A DNA stretch of 64,000 bases, from the IMG/VR virus record IMGVR_UViG_3300033074_001542, positions 6,068 to 70,067 of that record; one strand, 5' to 3'. The translations under genes were made by a program, and so were the position numbers. Positions 45,101 through 54,445 of the stretch are shown piece by piece. The notes beneath the pieces are model-generated. The model saw only the letters and a program-made list of their open reading frames with translations, did no database searches and was not told the origin of the DNA. Numbering within the stretch: the stretch's first letter is position 1; every line of letters starts with the position of its first letter. Source of the DNA: a virus (taxonomy: Duplodnaviria; Caudoviricetes).

Positions 45101-45751
45101 TTACTTCCCCGGCCTGTAGGCGCCACCCCAGGCCTTATTGATCCTGCTGCCGAACGGCTCGTCATCCTGTTCCGGATCCGGCAAAGAATCAGTCAGATTC
45201 TCGGCGCCGTAATATGAGCTGTCGCTCGGACGCATCCTGGCACTAGACGTGATGTCGTACTTGTTGTCGTCTGGAGAGAGGCGGATTCCGGAGAGCTGTT
45301 TCTCGAACGGCTCGTTTGGCATGGTTGAATAGGACTGCTCGCGAGAGCCGCCCTCTCGCCCGCTACCTTCGCCGGTGCCGGGGCCTGGCCCACCGACGCC
45401 AACCCTGCCACCGCCACCGCCGGACGATCCAGATCCACTGGTCCCGCTGGTCCCGCTGGATCCGCCCTGGTTCGGTTTGATCCACGGTGTTGATGAACCC
45501 GAGCCGACCCGGGTACCGCCACCGCCCGTCCCATTGTCCCGAGACGTCATCGAGGCGGGGGTCGGGCCGACCTTCTTTCCGTAGTCCCGAGCCGCACCGT
45601 ACCCAATTCCGCCCGCGATCAGGTCGGCGAACGACCGAGCTCGGCCGTAGTCCCTGGCCGCGGTCGAGACCATCTGGCCACGGTAGGGGTCTCCCGTGTA
45701 GCGGATGCTTGTCGTCCCGCTCGTGTCAGTGTTGTTGTCGAATGCGCCCAC
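45101..45751 (-). CDS. Gly/Ser-rich low-complexity protein
   Basis: GGGG RBS; operon spacing. Confidence 0.55.
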   Translation of the reverse strand: MGAFDNNTDTSGTTSIRYTGDPYRGQMVSTAARDYGRARSFADLIAGGIGYGAARDYGKKVGPTPASMTSRDNGTGGGGTRVGSGSSTPWIKPNQGGSSGTSGTSGSGSSGGGGGRVGVGGPGPGTGEGSGREGGSREQSYSTMPNEPFEKQLSGIRLSPDDNKYDITSSARMRPSDSSYYGAENLTDSLPDPEQDDEPFGSRINKAWGGAYRPGK

Positions 45752-45754
45752 AGG

Positions 45755-47293
45755 TCACCCCCGCAAAGAATTTTCCCATGCTTCGAAGGTCTTAACCCTT
45801 CCAGGAGCATGGAAATAGGCGACCGCCTCGCGGAAAACACGGCTCGCGTGAGCCGCACCACCGCAGATCAAGGCGACCTGCCTGATGTACTGGATGCTCG
45901 CTTCGCGGTGCGCGTAGGCGTAAACGCGGAGCGACTGGTCTTCACTTTTTGCCCATTCGTTCGATCTGTCCCAGCAGTCGATGACGAGCGAGAGGGTCTG
46001 GATCAAGGAATCGGCGTTTCTCCGAAAGAAGGGGTTCGCCGGGACCACAAGCCCGAGAATCCTGAGGATCGAGGCGACCGCATTCGACAGCTTCTCGGGG
46101 GCGACATCGCCGTCAACGATGTCGTCGGCGATCTGGGAGGCGACGTACATGTGCTGGAGAAGGTCGGTCGCGTCCGGGTCGCCGCACGCCCACTCCTTCA
46201 ATTTCAGGAAGATCTGGTCGAGAGGATCGGGCATCCTGGTCGGGATCCTGAGGACTCGCTCCATGAACCCAAACAGTTGGCGGGTATCTGGCGCGGACGG
46301 GTGGACTGTGACCCTGGATTCCGTATAGGTGATCCCGAGAACTTCATCCTTCACCTGGACGTCCTTCACATTGAGCGGAACCTTGTACCCGTCAATCCTC
46401 AGAAGGTTAGAATCGAGCGTCCAATCGACGTCGGTGATCGCCCGGGTGAACCGGTCGATACGGACCCCGTACCTGAAGTCTCCAAGGTCGTAGAGCATCA
46501 AGCCGCAATCCTTGTTCTTCAGACAGAGCCAGGTCCAGCCGCGGTCCGGGTCGATCTCGCCCGCCTCGTGCTCCCACCAGACCTCGATCCCGGTGTACTC
46601 CCGGCCGAAGAGCCGGATCGTCGCGTTCGCGAAGGGGTCGATCTCGTGGATCCGCTGGTCCTTCCGGCGCTTGATCTCGAGCGGCTGGGAACTGGTGATC
46701 TCGACGCCTAGGATCGAGGAGTGGTTCGGGTCCATGCCTGTCTCGGTCGCGGCCAGGTCATCCACAGTGGCGTGGATGCGGTACTTCCCTTCGGGAAGGG
46801 CGAAGGCCGCAAGCGTGAAGGTGTGCCCCCCGACCTTGCCGGCCGCATACCACCATTCCGCCGTATAGACAGGCTTCTTTACGGGCTCCGCCGCTTTGCA
46901 GACCTCGTCTAGATTGACCACGATTCGTCTCCTCTTTTCTTCATAGAAACCGGGTAGTTTGAGCAGGAGGTCGGCATACCCGTTCAGCTCCACCGGGATG
47001 CCGATGTGGGCCTCGCGCATTCCGAGCGCCCTGGCCCTGGGGAGGCCGTCGTCCACCAGTTCCTTGATGACGCGCCACCGCTTCAGCGGTGGGAGTTCGG
47101 GGTCGACGACCAGGAAGGCCTCGATCGTCTCCCTGCCCGTCATCAGCCCGGCGACCTTCCCGTCACGCTCCGCGACGGTTGATTCCAGGCTCGGATGGAC
47201 GTCTGGATCAGAAAAGAAAAAGCCCGTGCCGTGTCGCTCCCTCATCTCGAGAACCGCGTCACGGTCACGGGCCGTTTCGTAGAGTCTAGCCAC
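45755..47293 (-). CDS. Multidomain protein: GNAT-like N-terminus, unknown middle domain, isoprenoid-synthase-like (DDxxD) helical C-terminus
   Basis: N-term VAERDGKVAGL..EAFLVVDP..ARALGMREAH; C-term SQIADDIVDGD. Confidence 0.55.
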   Translation of the reverse strand: MARLYETARDRDAVLEMRERHGTGFFFSDPDVHPSLESTVAERDGKVAGLMTGRETIEAFLVVDPELPPLKRWRVIKELVDDGLPRARALGMREAHIGIPVELNGYADLLLKLPGFYEEKRRRIVVNLDEVCKAAEPVKKPVYTAEWWYAAGKVGGHTFTLAAFALPEGKYRIHATVDDLAATETGMDPNHSSILGVEITSSQPLEIKRRKDQRIHEIDPFANATIRLFGREYTGIEVWWEHEAGEIDPDRGWTWLCLKNKDCGLMLYDLGDFRYGVRIDRFTRAITDVDWTLDSNLLRIDGYKVPLNVKDVQVKDEVLGITYTESRVTVHPSAPDTRQLFGFMERVLRIPTRMPDPLDQIFLKLKEWACGDPDATDLLQHMYVASQIADDIVDGDVAPEKLSNAVASILRILGLVVPANPFFRRNADSLIQTLSLVIDCWDRSNEWAKSEDQSLRVYAYAHREASIQYIRQVALICGGAAHASRVFREAVAYFHAPGRVKTFEAWENSLRG

Positions 47294-47762
47294 CGCCGGT
47301 GATGGTCCCGCCGCCCACCGGGCCTGCTGAAACGGTCATGTCACCGCCCTGGCCGGGCATCGGTGGGCGTTTCTTGCGGAAGGGGTTCATGTCCATTCCG
47401 CCGCCCTCGCTGCCGCCCTGGAAAGTGGGCGGCATCATGCCGGCGCCGCCGTGGCCACCGTTCCATCCCGGAGGACCGCCGAAGCTTCGCTGGCCGCCAC
47501 CGCTGATCGGGATCCCGTCGGCAGGTGGAGCCTGGGCGGGCGGGCCAATGGGGATTGGGGCGGACGGAGCCGGCTTGATTCCGCCGGTCTGGATGGGCGG
47601 CTGCCGTAGAGGCTGCCGGATCGTCTGCGGGCCCTGCTGCTGCATTGGCGGGGAGGGCTGCTGCCCTCCGTAGGGCGTCCCGCCGCCGAAGCGCGGGCGT
47701 GGTTGCGACTGACCTTGGCCGGCGCCGTAAGCTCCGCCCAGTCCACCTTGATTGAATCCCAT
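47286..47762 (-). CDS. Gly/Pro/Gln-rich disordered protein
   Basis: AGGAGGG RBS before MGFNQGG at 47762. Confidence 0.6.
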   Translation of the reverse strand: MGFNQGGLGGAYGAGQGQSQPRPRFGGGTPYGGQQPSPPMQQQGPQTIRQPLRQPPIQTGGIKPAPSAPIPIGPPAQAPPADGIPISGGGQRSFGGPPGWNGGHGGAGMMPPTFQGGSEGGGMDMNPFRKKRPPMPGQGGDMTVSAGPVGGGTITGGG

Positions 47763-47764
47763 GT

Positions 47765-48265
47765 CTATTCCCTCCTGTACGGGTTTTTGCTGACGTACTG
47801 AGCGTACTGGGCCAGGCGCCCCGCCTGCCCTTCCCATTGTGGCGTCTGGGGGCCTCCGCCGTTCCATCCGCCACCCGAAAAGGTGGAGGATTTCATCGGC
47901 ATCGTCGGCTTCGACGGGTTTCCGATCCGGGTTGGGCCGCCCTCGGACCCGGGGAACTGCTGCTTCGAAATGTTGTCAAGGAGCTTCGACGCGTCCCCGG
48001 ATTCCTTCGCGCCGTCGTACTGAAGCTTGGGCCCGGGGACCTGGTCGACCTTCCCGGGCTGGTAGACCGGAGGTTGGTAGGTCGGCCCCACCGCGGGCGC
48101 CTGCTCCGGAGGGCTGGGCGGCTGGAAAGCGCCGGGATCCGGAGCGGAGTCCATTCCATAGGGCTCCGGCCGCACCGCCTGTGCGCCCGCCGGCCTCGGA
48201 GGGGCGCTCGCCTGGGCCGACCCGTAGACCGACTGACCGAGTTCTTGCGGCTGGTAGCTACCCAT
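47765..48265 (-). CDS. Pro/Gly/Gln-rich disordered protein
   Basis: TGATG overlap with the tailspike stop. Confidence 0.6.
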   Translation of the reverse strand: MGSYQPQELGQSVYGSAQASAPPRPAGAQAVRPEPYGMDSAPDPGAFQPPSPPEQAPAVGPTYQPPVYQPGKVDQVPGPKLQYDGAKESGDASKLLDNISKQQFPGSEGGPTRIGNPSKPTMPMKSSTFSGGGWNGGGPQTPQWEGQAGRLAQYAQYVSKNPYRRE

Positions 48266-50436
48266 CAGAACTCCCTGTTCACCTGGAAGGTGTTGTAGTG
48301 CGGATTTGTAAATCCGTAGGTTCCGACGACCTGCGTTTTCGCCGCTCCAGGGTTATAGATGCTCACCGATAAGGTGTCACCGACGGCAAGCGTTACGATC
48401 GCGTCGATCGCCATGGATACGTCATATGTTGTTCCGTTCTGGTGGAAGATCGATATGACAGTGGCGTTTTTTGAGATTCGGAGATCTATCGATTCAGCGA
48501 CCGGGAAACCGTCCAGCATCACGGTTGCGCTTACTTTGTATGTCCCTGGGTATTTTGCCGTGTAGAGGGTCGTGCCGTTAAAGCACCCCTCTAGATCGAA
48601 GTCTTCCATGCCGGGGGTAGCGCCCACCGCATCCCAAACAAGAACAGTCGTTGCGGCCGCCAAGATGTTCCCAGCTGCCGGTGCGTTGGCCACAACGAGC
48701 ATCATCGACGCGTCTGTTCCGTAGTAGTACCACTGGAACCCGGCGCCGCGGTCTTCGTAGCTGGCCCCGTCCCGCTCGACCAGTCTGTTCTTTGTCGGGT
48801 CACCGCTGACCGTGACGTTCTGTCCGGCAGAGAACCGCATCTTCGTGCATTCGTTGATACCGATGACGCCCTTGATTTTCGACAGGTCCAACATCGAGCC
48901 GGCGCCCGTGTGGTCGCTCTGAAGGAGGCACCCCTGGAAGTTGAGAACCGGGACGCGGATGTCCGCCGGGACCGACGCGATCCCCTGGACGCTCGCCTCA
49001 AACCAGGTGCCGAAGAAGTTGGTCGGGCGGAGCTCCTCGCCGGTGGCCTGGGAGTCGACGAAGTAAAGGTCGTACTGGTTTACGGTGAACGTGCCACCGT
49101 AGACGTTGTATCCAGCCCGGCTGTCAGAAGACAGGCAATCGAATACCATCCCGACCGCCGCGCTCTCCCGGATGTACGGCTTGATGAATACGTTCCCGGA
49201 GCCATACAGGTTGAACCCGTTACTGCACTTGGAGACCGTGATGTTGTCGAAGAGGGAATCGAAGATTCCGACCCGCGGCTTCGCGTCTGGTCCGACCCCG
49301 TACCCATCCCCGTTTCCGAGGATTCCGGTCTCGCACTGGAAGATGGTTAGGTTCCGGAAGCACGCATTCCCCGAGTTGTAGTTGGTACCGCTCGAGCCGC
49401 CAAGGATCCCGATCGTCGGCCTGGTGGTCGGGTCTGGGTTCGTGATGTAGAGCTCCTGGATGGTCGTCCCGGACCGTAGCTCGTTCGTAGTATCCAGAAT
49501 AGCTTTCGCTGTCCCGGCATGAGCCGCAACCGGGGACCAGTAGATCGCCGTTGTACTGCGATTTTCGCCCCGAAGGCTGACGCCACCCTTCACGACGAGC
49601 GACGTTCCGGCCGCCCCGCCCACGATGTAGGTCCCCGCCGGAAAGTAGACTGTTCCGCCGATCGTTTCCGCGTAATCGATAGCCGTCTGGATGGCCGCGG
49701 TGTCGTCCGTGCCGCCGTTACCGGTTGCACCAAACCACTTCACGTTGATGACCGGAGTTCGCTTCGACCAGTAGTTGTCCGCCAGGATGACGTTGAGCCC
49801 ACCCTCGTTCAGCGCCCTCTTTTTGAAGGGTGCTTGGCTCGTGAGACCGCCGGATCCGTCACCGTAGGCGATCTCGTCGGTGTTCACGAAAACAGATGGC
49901 GGAACAGGGGTGTGGATCGTTACATCGCTGGCATTCTGGGTGGCGGTGGAGGCGCCCGTTGCCTTGATAGTTCGATGCTCGAGAACTGTCCCAACCTTTG
50001 ATTTAAAGATCTCGGCGCCCCCACCGACATTCGATCCGTCTGTCACGTAACCAACAAGAGGGGGCCCGCCACCCCCGATAATGAACCACTCGTCCTTCAC
50101 GGCGTCGTACTGCGCGATGGCGCTGTCGCCGGCGCCAAGAGCCGCATCACTCCGAATGTTTCCGCCCCCGGAGGCGAACGAGAACCCGTCCTGGGCGTAG
50201 AAGTAAATCGGTGTCCCGAAACCCGGCGCCTTGATCGTCTTGATCGTCGCCGTTCCCAGGACACGCACCACCGGGTTGTCGATCTGGACAGTGTTCGCCG
50301 CCTGGATCGTCGTCGCGTTCTTCCGGCCCTGCTGGGCGCTCTGATTGATGGCTCTCTGGAACTGGTAGAGGGCCTCGTAGAGAAGGTTGTTGTCGATCGA
50401 CCCGAACTTCTGGGGGATATTCGGCGGCCGTGCCAT
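48265..50436 (-). CDS. Tailspike/depolymerase with a pectate-lyase-like beta-helix and a C1q-like C-terminus
   Basis: VINVKWFGATGNGGTDDTAAIQTAID...GGTVYFPAGTYIV; FNGTTLYTAKYPGTYKVSATV..IVTLAVGDTLSV. Confidence 0.82.
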   Translation of the reverse strand: MARPPNIPQKFGSIDNNLLYEALYQFQRAINQSAQQGRKNATTIQAANTVQIDNPVVRVLGTATIKTIKAPGFGTPIYFYAQDGFSFASGGGNIRSDAALGAGDSAIAQYDAVKDEWFIIGGGGPPLVGYVTDGSNVGGGAEIFKSKVGTVLEHRTIKATGASTATQNASDVTIHTPVPPSVFVNTDEIAYGDGSGGLTSQAPFKKRALNEGGLNVILADNYWSKRTPVINVKWFGATGNGGTDDTAAIQTAIDYAETIGGTVYFPAGTYIVGGAAGTSLVVKGGVSLRGENRSTTAIYWSPVAAHAGTAKAILDTTNELRSGTTIQELYITNPDPTTRPTIGILGGSSGTNYNSGNACFRNLTIFQCETGILGNGDGYGVGPDAKPRVGIFDSLFDNITVSKCSNGFNLYGSGNVFIKPYIRESAAVGMVFDCLSSDSRAGYNVYGGTFTVNQYDLYFVDSQATGEELRPTNFFGTWFEASVQGIASVPADIRVPVLNFQGCLLQSDHTGAGSMLDLSKIKGVIGINECTKMRFSAGQNVTVSGDPTKNRLVERDGASYEDRGAGFQWYYYGTDASMMLVVANAPAAGNILAAATTVLVWDAVGATPGMEDFDLEGCFNGTTLYTAKYPGTYKVSATVMLDGFPVAESIDLRISKNATVISIFHQNGTTYDVSMAIDAIVTLAVGDTLSVSIYNPGAAKTQVVGTYGFTNPHYNTFQVNREF

Positions 50437-53042
50437 CAGTTGTGCCCTCTCAGGAAGTTGTAGGTCGCGTTCTTGAAGAAGAGGCCGATCCGGCGGAGCG
50501 AGAACCAGTCACCGCGACTGAAGGTTCCAAACCGGATGCCGACCGACGTGTCCTGCTGGTTTCCCCCGAGCTCGATATCGTGCTCCGGAGCCGATGTCAG
50601 GTTCGCCTGAGCGAGGGCCGGGGTGGACCCATCTGGCTTGGTCGCTGAACTCCCGTCGGGCCGAATGAAGTAGGTCGCCAACGTCCCGGAGCCACGAATC
50701 CGGTGGACCACCTTGTCGAAAAGGCCTCTCCCGATGTCGGGTCCGATGGGTGCCGTTTCGTAGTAGGCGTCGATGTTCCCCTCGCCACTCTTGGTGACAT
50801 CTGGGAAGTCGTTGCGGGCCGTGTTCTGATAGGTGATCGCATTTACTACTGTGTCGGCCGGCGTCGTCGGGACCGTCGAGCTCATCGAGTAGACCGGCCT
50901 GGGTGTCCCGTAGATGTCCACGAGCGTGGCGCCCTGGTGGTAGCCGGCGGTCGTACCAACCTTAGTCATCACGGTGTCGATCGACCACTTCCGGCCCTGC
51001 CCGGAGGGGATCGGGTTGTCGAACCCCTCCGTGTAATCGAGCGTCAGGAGCAGGTTGCAGGGGTCTGTCGTCCCGGCCGTCGTCTTGGCACCGACGTGGA
51101 TCTGTTTCGTCGCCGGATCCACAACCACCCAGATGAAGTTCGGGTCGGTCCAGTTGATCGTGTTCCAGGTTGGCGTGATTTCCTGACTGATGATCTGCGG
51201 GGAGGACCCGTCGAAGAGGACGAGGCCGACGCGGGCCGCAATCACTACCCAGCCGTCACCGTAGCCGACGCCGTGAGGCGAGGGCGTTCCGGACATACGG
51301 TCCACGAGGTCGACGGGCCACATGTAAGGCTCGTCCCCGGTGTCTTTCGTGACGTAGAGCGACCGCTCCTTGGCGATGTAGAGGGCGTCGCGGAGTCGGA
51401 AACAGTCCCGGAGGCCCTCGCCGTCGTCTGGTCCAACCGAGATGAGTCCGGTGTTCAAGTCGAACGATTCGGCGTTGCCGGCCCAGGACGCGCGAAGAAC
51501 ATTCTGCTGGGATGTGTCGTTCAGGTCTACAAGCTCGATGAAGTCAATCTCGATGAAGCTCGTTGCGTCCGCGGGCGTAAATGCTGTGGTGTGGACGACG
51601 TAAACCGAGATGTACCCGGTGACCCCGAGAACAGACGCCTGACCCATCGGCGCGATCGTTGTGCCAGCGACCTCGAGTGTCTTGTAATTCGTTGTCAAGG
51701 TACTTGAATTCAGGTATTGCTCAATCGTCTGCTGGAGCACGCCGGCTGCGTTGTAGATATCCACGTAGACTCGGACTGCGCCGGCCCCAACAACCGCACT
51801 TCGCTTCGCCCTGACGCGCAAACCAAGGAGCTGGCCCGTCCTGAGGTAGGATGAATCGAAGGATTTCTGGTTGACGTACCCGTTGTTCCCAACCGTCGAG
51901 AACCCGTTGACCACAAGCGTCTTCTGGTTCGCTCCGGGGGCAAACCCAGTGAACGTAGCACCCACGTAAGTAGATGCGTCGACCTGCCAGTATCCAGGGA
52001 GAGCATATGACGGCGGCCCCGCTGAATAGAATTCGTCTCCAGCCGTCTGGAACCCACCATCGAACGAGATGTTCGGTGCCCCTCTCGTCGCGTAGTTCGG
52101 GTAGGTTACCGTCGAGAGTTCCGACTTCTCTCGACATCCCCATAGTATCAGTCTGTCCGCATAGCTAATGACGCCGGCCGGGGACGCTGGCGTGTGGAGG
52201 GTGAAGTACGGTCGTACCGGCTCACCGTTCAGGATTTCGGCATCCGTGACTACTACAGAGAAATTCCTGGTGGTGTTATCCCAGATAGTAGTCTTTTCGA
52301 GGTAGTAGAAATTCGTGTCGCCAGCGGCTGTGAGGGCCAGAATCCTGGCAACCGTGTCCGTCGGCCCGATAGGTGCGCCGTAGACATCCAAAACAGCAAC
52401 GGCGGCGTTGGTAACGATGTACTCGACACCGGTCCCGGGCCTTGTGATGTACCCGCTCTTCGTGACGAAAAGCCAGGTGAACATGTGTTTCCCGAGGGAC
52501 AGACCAGCGCCAGCCTTCGTTGTTATTTCTTTTCGGTATGCCGGTTTTGCAATTTCAATCGCCCATGCCGGCCCATCCGGTGCGATCTCGGAAATCGTCG
52601 TCCCATCCGTGGCCACGGCCCGCATCCGCCCAGAGGCCCCATCGTTTACGGCCAGGTAGAGCTTGCCGAACAACGAGTCACCCTTCAGGGTAAGAATCGC
52701 GTCGTTCCCGAGGTCCGTCATCAGGCTCGAGGTCCCGGCTCCATGGATCCACGACGTGAGCGTCCCGGAGGTCGCTCCGAACGACGTCAGGTAGAGGATC
52801 ATCTTCGCGCCGAGCTTCGAGATGAAGGGCTTGAACGAGTAGATCGGCGACGATGCCGTGATCGCCGCCGACCTGTATTGCGTGAAGAGCTCGTAACCGT
52901 ACCGAGAGCTGACCGTCCCCGGGAAGAAGCTGACGTTCTTGCAGTTGGGGCTCTGGCCCAACCCCAGGGAGAGCCTATCGATGAATGTGCATAGGCCCCC
53001 GAACACCCGGAGGACCAGGGGCTCGAATGTGTCGAGGGCCAT
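50436..53042 (-). CDS. Tail tubular/nozzle (DNA-stabilisation, P22 gp10/T7 gp12-like) protein with inserted beta-sandwich domains
   Basis: SPNCKNVSFFPGTVSSRYG N-terminus; LYIAKERSLY..GVGYGDGWVVIAARVGLVLFDGSSPQIISQEI beta-propeller-like repeats; position. Confidence 0.7.
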   Translation of the reverse strand: MALDTFEPLVLRVFGGLCTFIDRLSLGLGQSPNCKNVSFFPGTVSSRYGYELFTQYRSAAITASSPIYSFKPFISKLGAKMILYLTSFGATSGTLTSWIHGAGTSSLMTDLGNDAILTLKGDSLFGKLYLAVNDGASGRMRAVATDGTTISEIAPDGPAWAIEIAKPAYRKEITTKAGAGLSLGKHMFTWLFVTKSGYITRPGTGVEYIVTNAAVAVLDVYGAPIGPTDTVARILALTAAGDTNFYYLEKTTIWDNTTRNFSVVVTDAEILNGEPVRPYFTLHTPASPAGVISYADRLILWGCREKSELSTVTYPNYATRGAPNISFDGGFQTAGDEFYSAGPPSYALPGYWQVDASTYVGATFTGFAPGANQKTLVVNGFSTVGNNGYVNQKSFDSSYLRTGQLLGLRVRAKRSAVVGAGAVRVYVDIYNAAGVLQQTIEQYLNSSTLTTNYKTLEVAGTTIAPMGQASVLGVTGYISVYVVHTTAFTPADATSFIEIDFIELVDLNDTSQQNVLRASWAGNAESFDLNTGLISVGPDDGEGLRDCFRLRDALYIAKERSLYVTKDTGDEPYMWPVDLVDRMSGTPSPHGVGYGDGWVVIAARVGLVLFDGSSPQIISQEITPTWNTINWTDPNFIWVVVDPATKQIHVGAKTTAGTTDPCNLLLTLDYTEGFDNPIPSGQGRKWSIDTVMTKVGTTAGYHQGATLVDIYGTPRPVYSMSSTVPTTPADTVVNAITYQNTARNDFPDVTKSGEGNIDAYYETAPIGPDIGRGLFDKVVHRIRGSGTLATYFIRPDGSSATKPDGSTPALAQANLTSAPEHDIELGGNQQDTSVGIRFGTFSRGDWFSLRRIGLFFKNATYNFLRGHN

Positions 53043-53046
53043 CCAC

Positions 53047-53358
53047 TTACACCTTCTTGAAGTAGAAGCGCGCGGCGACCTTCACGTTGCTCAGTGCGCC
53101 GGAGGCCTCGGTGGTGCCGTTCCAGAGCGAGATCTTCTTGTTGGCCGTGTCGAGATACATCGACCAGCCGGCGGGGCCGATGCCGAAGCCCGATTTCGGG
53201 AAGGAACGAGCCTTGACAACGATGTTGTTGAACAGCGTCGACACGTCGTCTCCACCGGAGGTCACGGTCCCGTTGACGTTGATGACGCAATCGAGGACGA
53301 ACTCCTGACCAGAGTCCGTGAACGAGTTGACCGTCGAGATGGTGATGGTTGCAGCCAT
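53047..53358 (-). CDS. Small beta-rich virion protein (possible decoration protein)
   Basis: 103 aa, beta-strand composition, GGAGG RBS. Confidence 0.45.
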   Translation of the reverse strand: MAATITISTVNSFTDSGQEFVLDCVINVNGTVTSGGDDVSTLFNNIVVKARSFPKSGFGIGPAGWSMYLDTANKKISLWNGTTEASGALSNVKVAARFYFKKV

Positions 53359-53367
53359 GCGAGCCTC

Positions 53368-54441
53368 CTAATACTTGAAGAAAGGCGTCTGGTACGCCGG
53401 ATACCTGTGAATCGATGCGTAGGGCGCCCTTCTGAGGGGCTCCGACTGAGCTGTCTTCAGGGTCGTGTTGATGAAGTTGTAGAGCAGCCGTCCGGCCATC
53501 CCGGTCACGCCCGTAGGGTCCACGACGCCATAGAGGCTGGCGAGCTGGGCCTGACCGCGGGACTGGGCCGCAATCCCCGCGGTGAGCGCCGCGAGGAAAT
53601 CGAGGGAATCCGTGATCGGGAGGGCGGTCGTGTCCGTCCCCGAGGTCGGGAAGTCCGAAACCGTCGCCCAGTAGTCCATTTTCACGTCTCGAGGCTCCGT
53701 CGCCCCGATGAACGTGATGGTGTGGCCGTTCCAGTCCCAGTAAACGAGCTGAGATTGCTGCGTGGCGGCCGGGAGAGGGCGCGAGCCCCGCATCGGCATC
53801 CACTGCGACTCGTCCGGGCCGACCGAGGGGCCGGTCAGGCTCGCCAGGACGGTCAGGCTCGCGTCTGCATCGGTGCTGGTCGCCGTCGTGGTCGTGTTGT
53901 CGGCCAGGGTCTGGTCTTCGTAAAGAACGGCCCCTCCCGCCTTCGACCGCAAGAGGATTCGGTGGGTGGTGCCAACGGGGCCGATCGGAATGTTGGTCCA
54001 GAGGAGCGTGTCGCCGAGCGAGGACGTCACCGAGGTGGTCGTCATCGGGACGGAAGTCCCGTAGACGCCCTTGAAGGCCACGGCGCAGAGGTGAATTCCG
54101 CCCGTGATCGAGCCGCCACCGGCCGAATTCGTGACCGTGGGCGGACTCAGCGCCGCACGTCGCTCGAGAAGCCTGTCGGGGGCGATCAGGTTCGAGGGGA
54201 GGGCCGGAAGCCCTGCCGCCGGGGAGAAAACGAGATTAGTCAAACCCGCCGGGATCGCTGTGGAACCGGTGTAGACGATGGTCGACCGGACTTCGCTGGA
54301 GCCGGCGGATTCGAGTTCCGAGGCGAGGACACTCTGCGCCTGATTCACGATCGGGAGCAGGAAAGCGTTCGTGTAGACCGCCGCCGGAAAGTCGTCCAGC
54401 AGAGATCTCACCCTGACACAGACGTCGGCGTAGGTCGGCAT
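53368..54441 (-). CDS. Head-tail adaptor / tail tubular protein A-like, with an inserted domain
   Basis: MPTYADVCVRVRSLLDD..LLPIVNQAQ N-terminal helices; DFLAALTA C-terminal helix; position. Confidence 0.65.
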   Translation of the reverse strand: MPTYADVCVRVRSLLDDFPAAVYTNAFLLPIVNQAQSVLASELESAGSSEVRSTIVYTGSTAIPAGLTNLVFSPAAGLPALPSNLIAPDRLLERRAALSPPTVTNSAGGGSITGGIHLCAVAFKGVYGTSVPMTTTSVTSSLGDTLLWTNIPIGPVGTTHRILLRSKAGGAVLYEDQTLADNTTTTATSTDADASLTVLASLTGPSVGPDESQWMPMRGSRPLPAATQQSQLVYWDWNGHTITFIGATEPRDVKMDYWATVSDFPTSGTDTTALPITDSLDFLAALTAGIAAQSRGQAQLASLYGVVDPTGVTGMAGRLLYNFINTTLKTAQSEPLRRAPYASIHRYPAYQTPFFKY

Positions 54442-54445
54442 GGGC

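Noticed and set aside
43144-45141. Long plus-strand ORF (665 aa), and similar antisense ORFs such as 52939-54474, 58522-59658, 22391-23650 and 9057-10022
   Set aside because: They are antisense shadows of GC-rich genes, with Arg/Leu/Gly/Val-skewed composition, no RBS and no motifs.
53240-53265. SGGDD in the 103-aa protein as a reverse transcriptase or polymerase motif (DGR)
   Set aside because: The protein is far too small, no RT motifs are present, and I saw no template/variable repeat pair.
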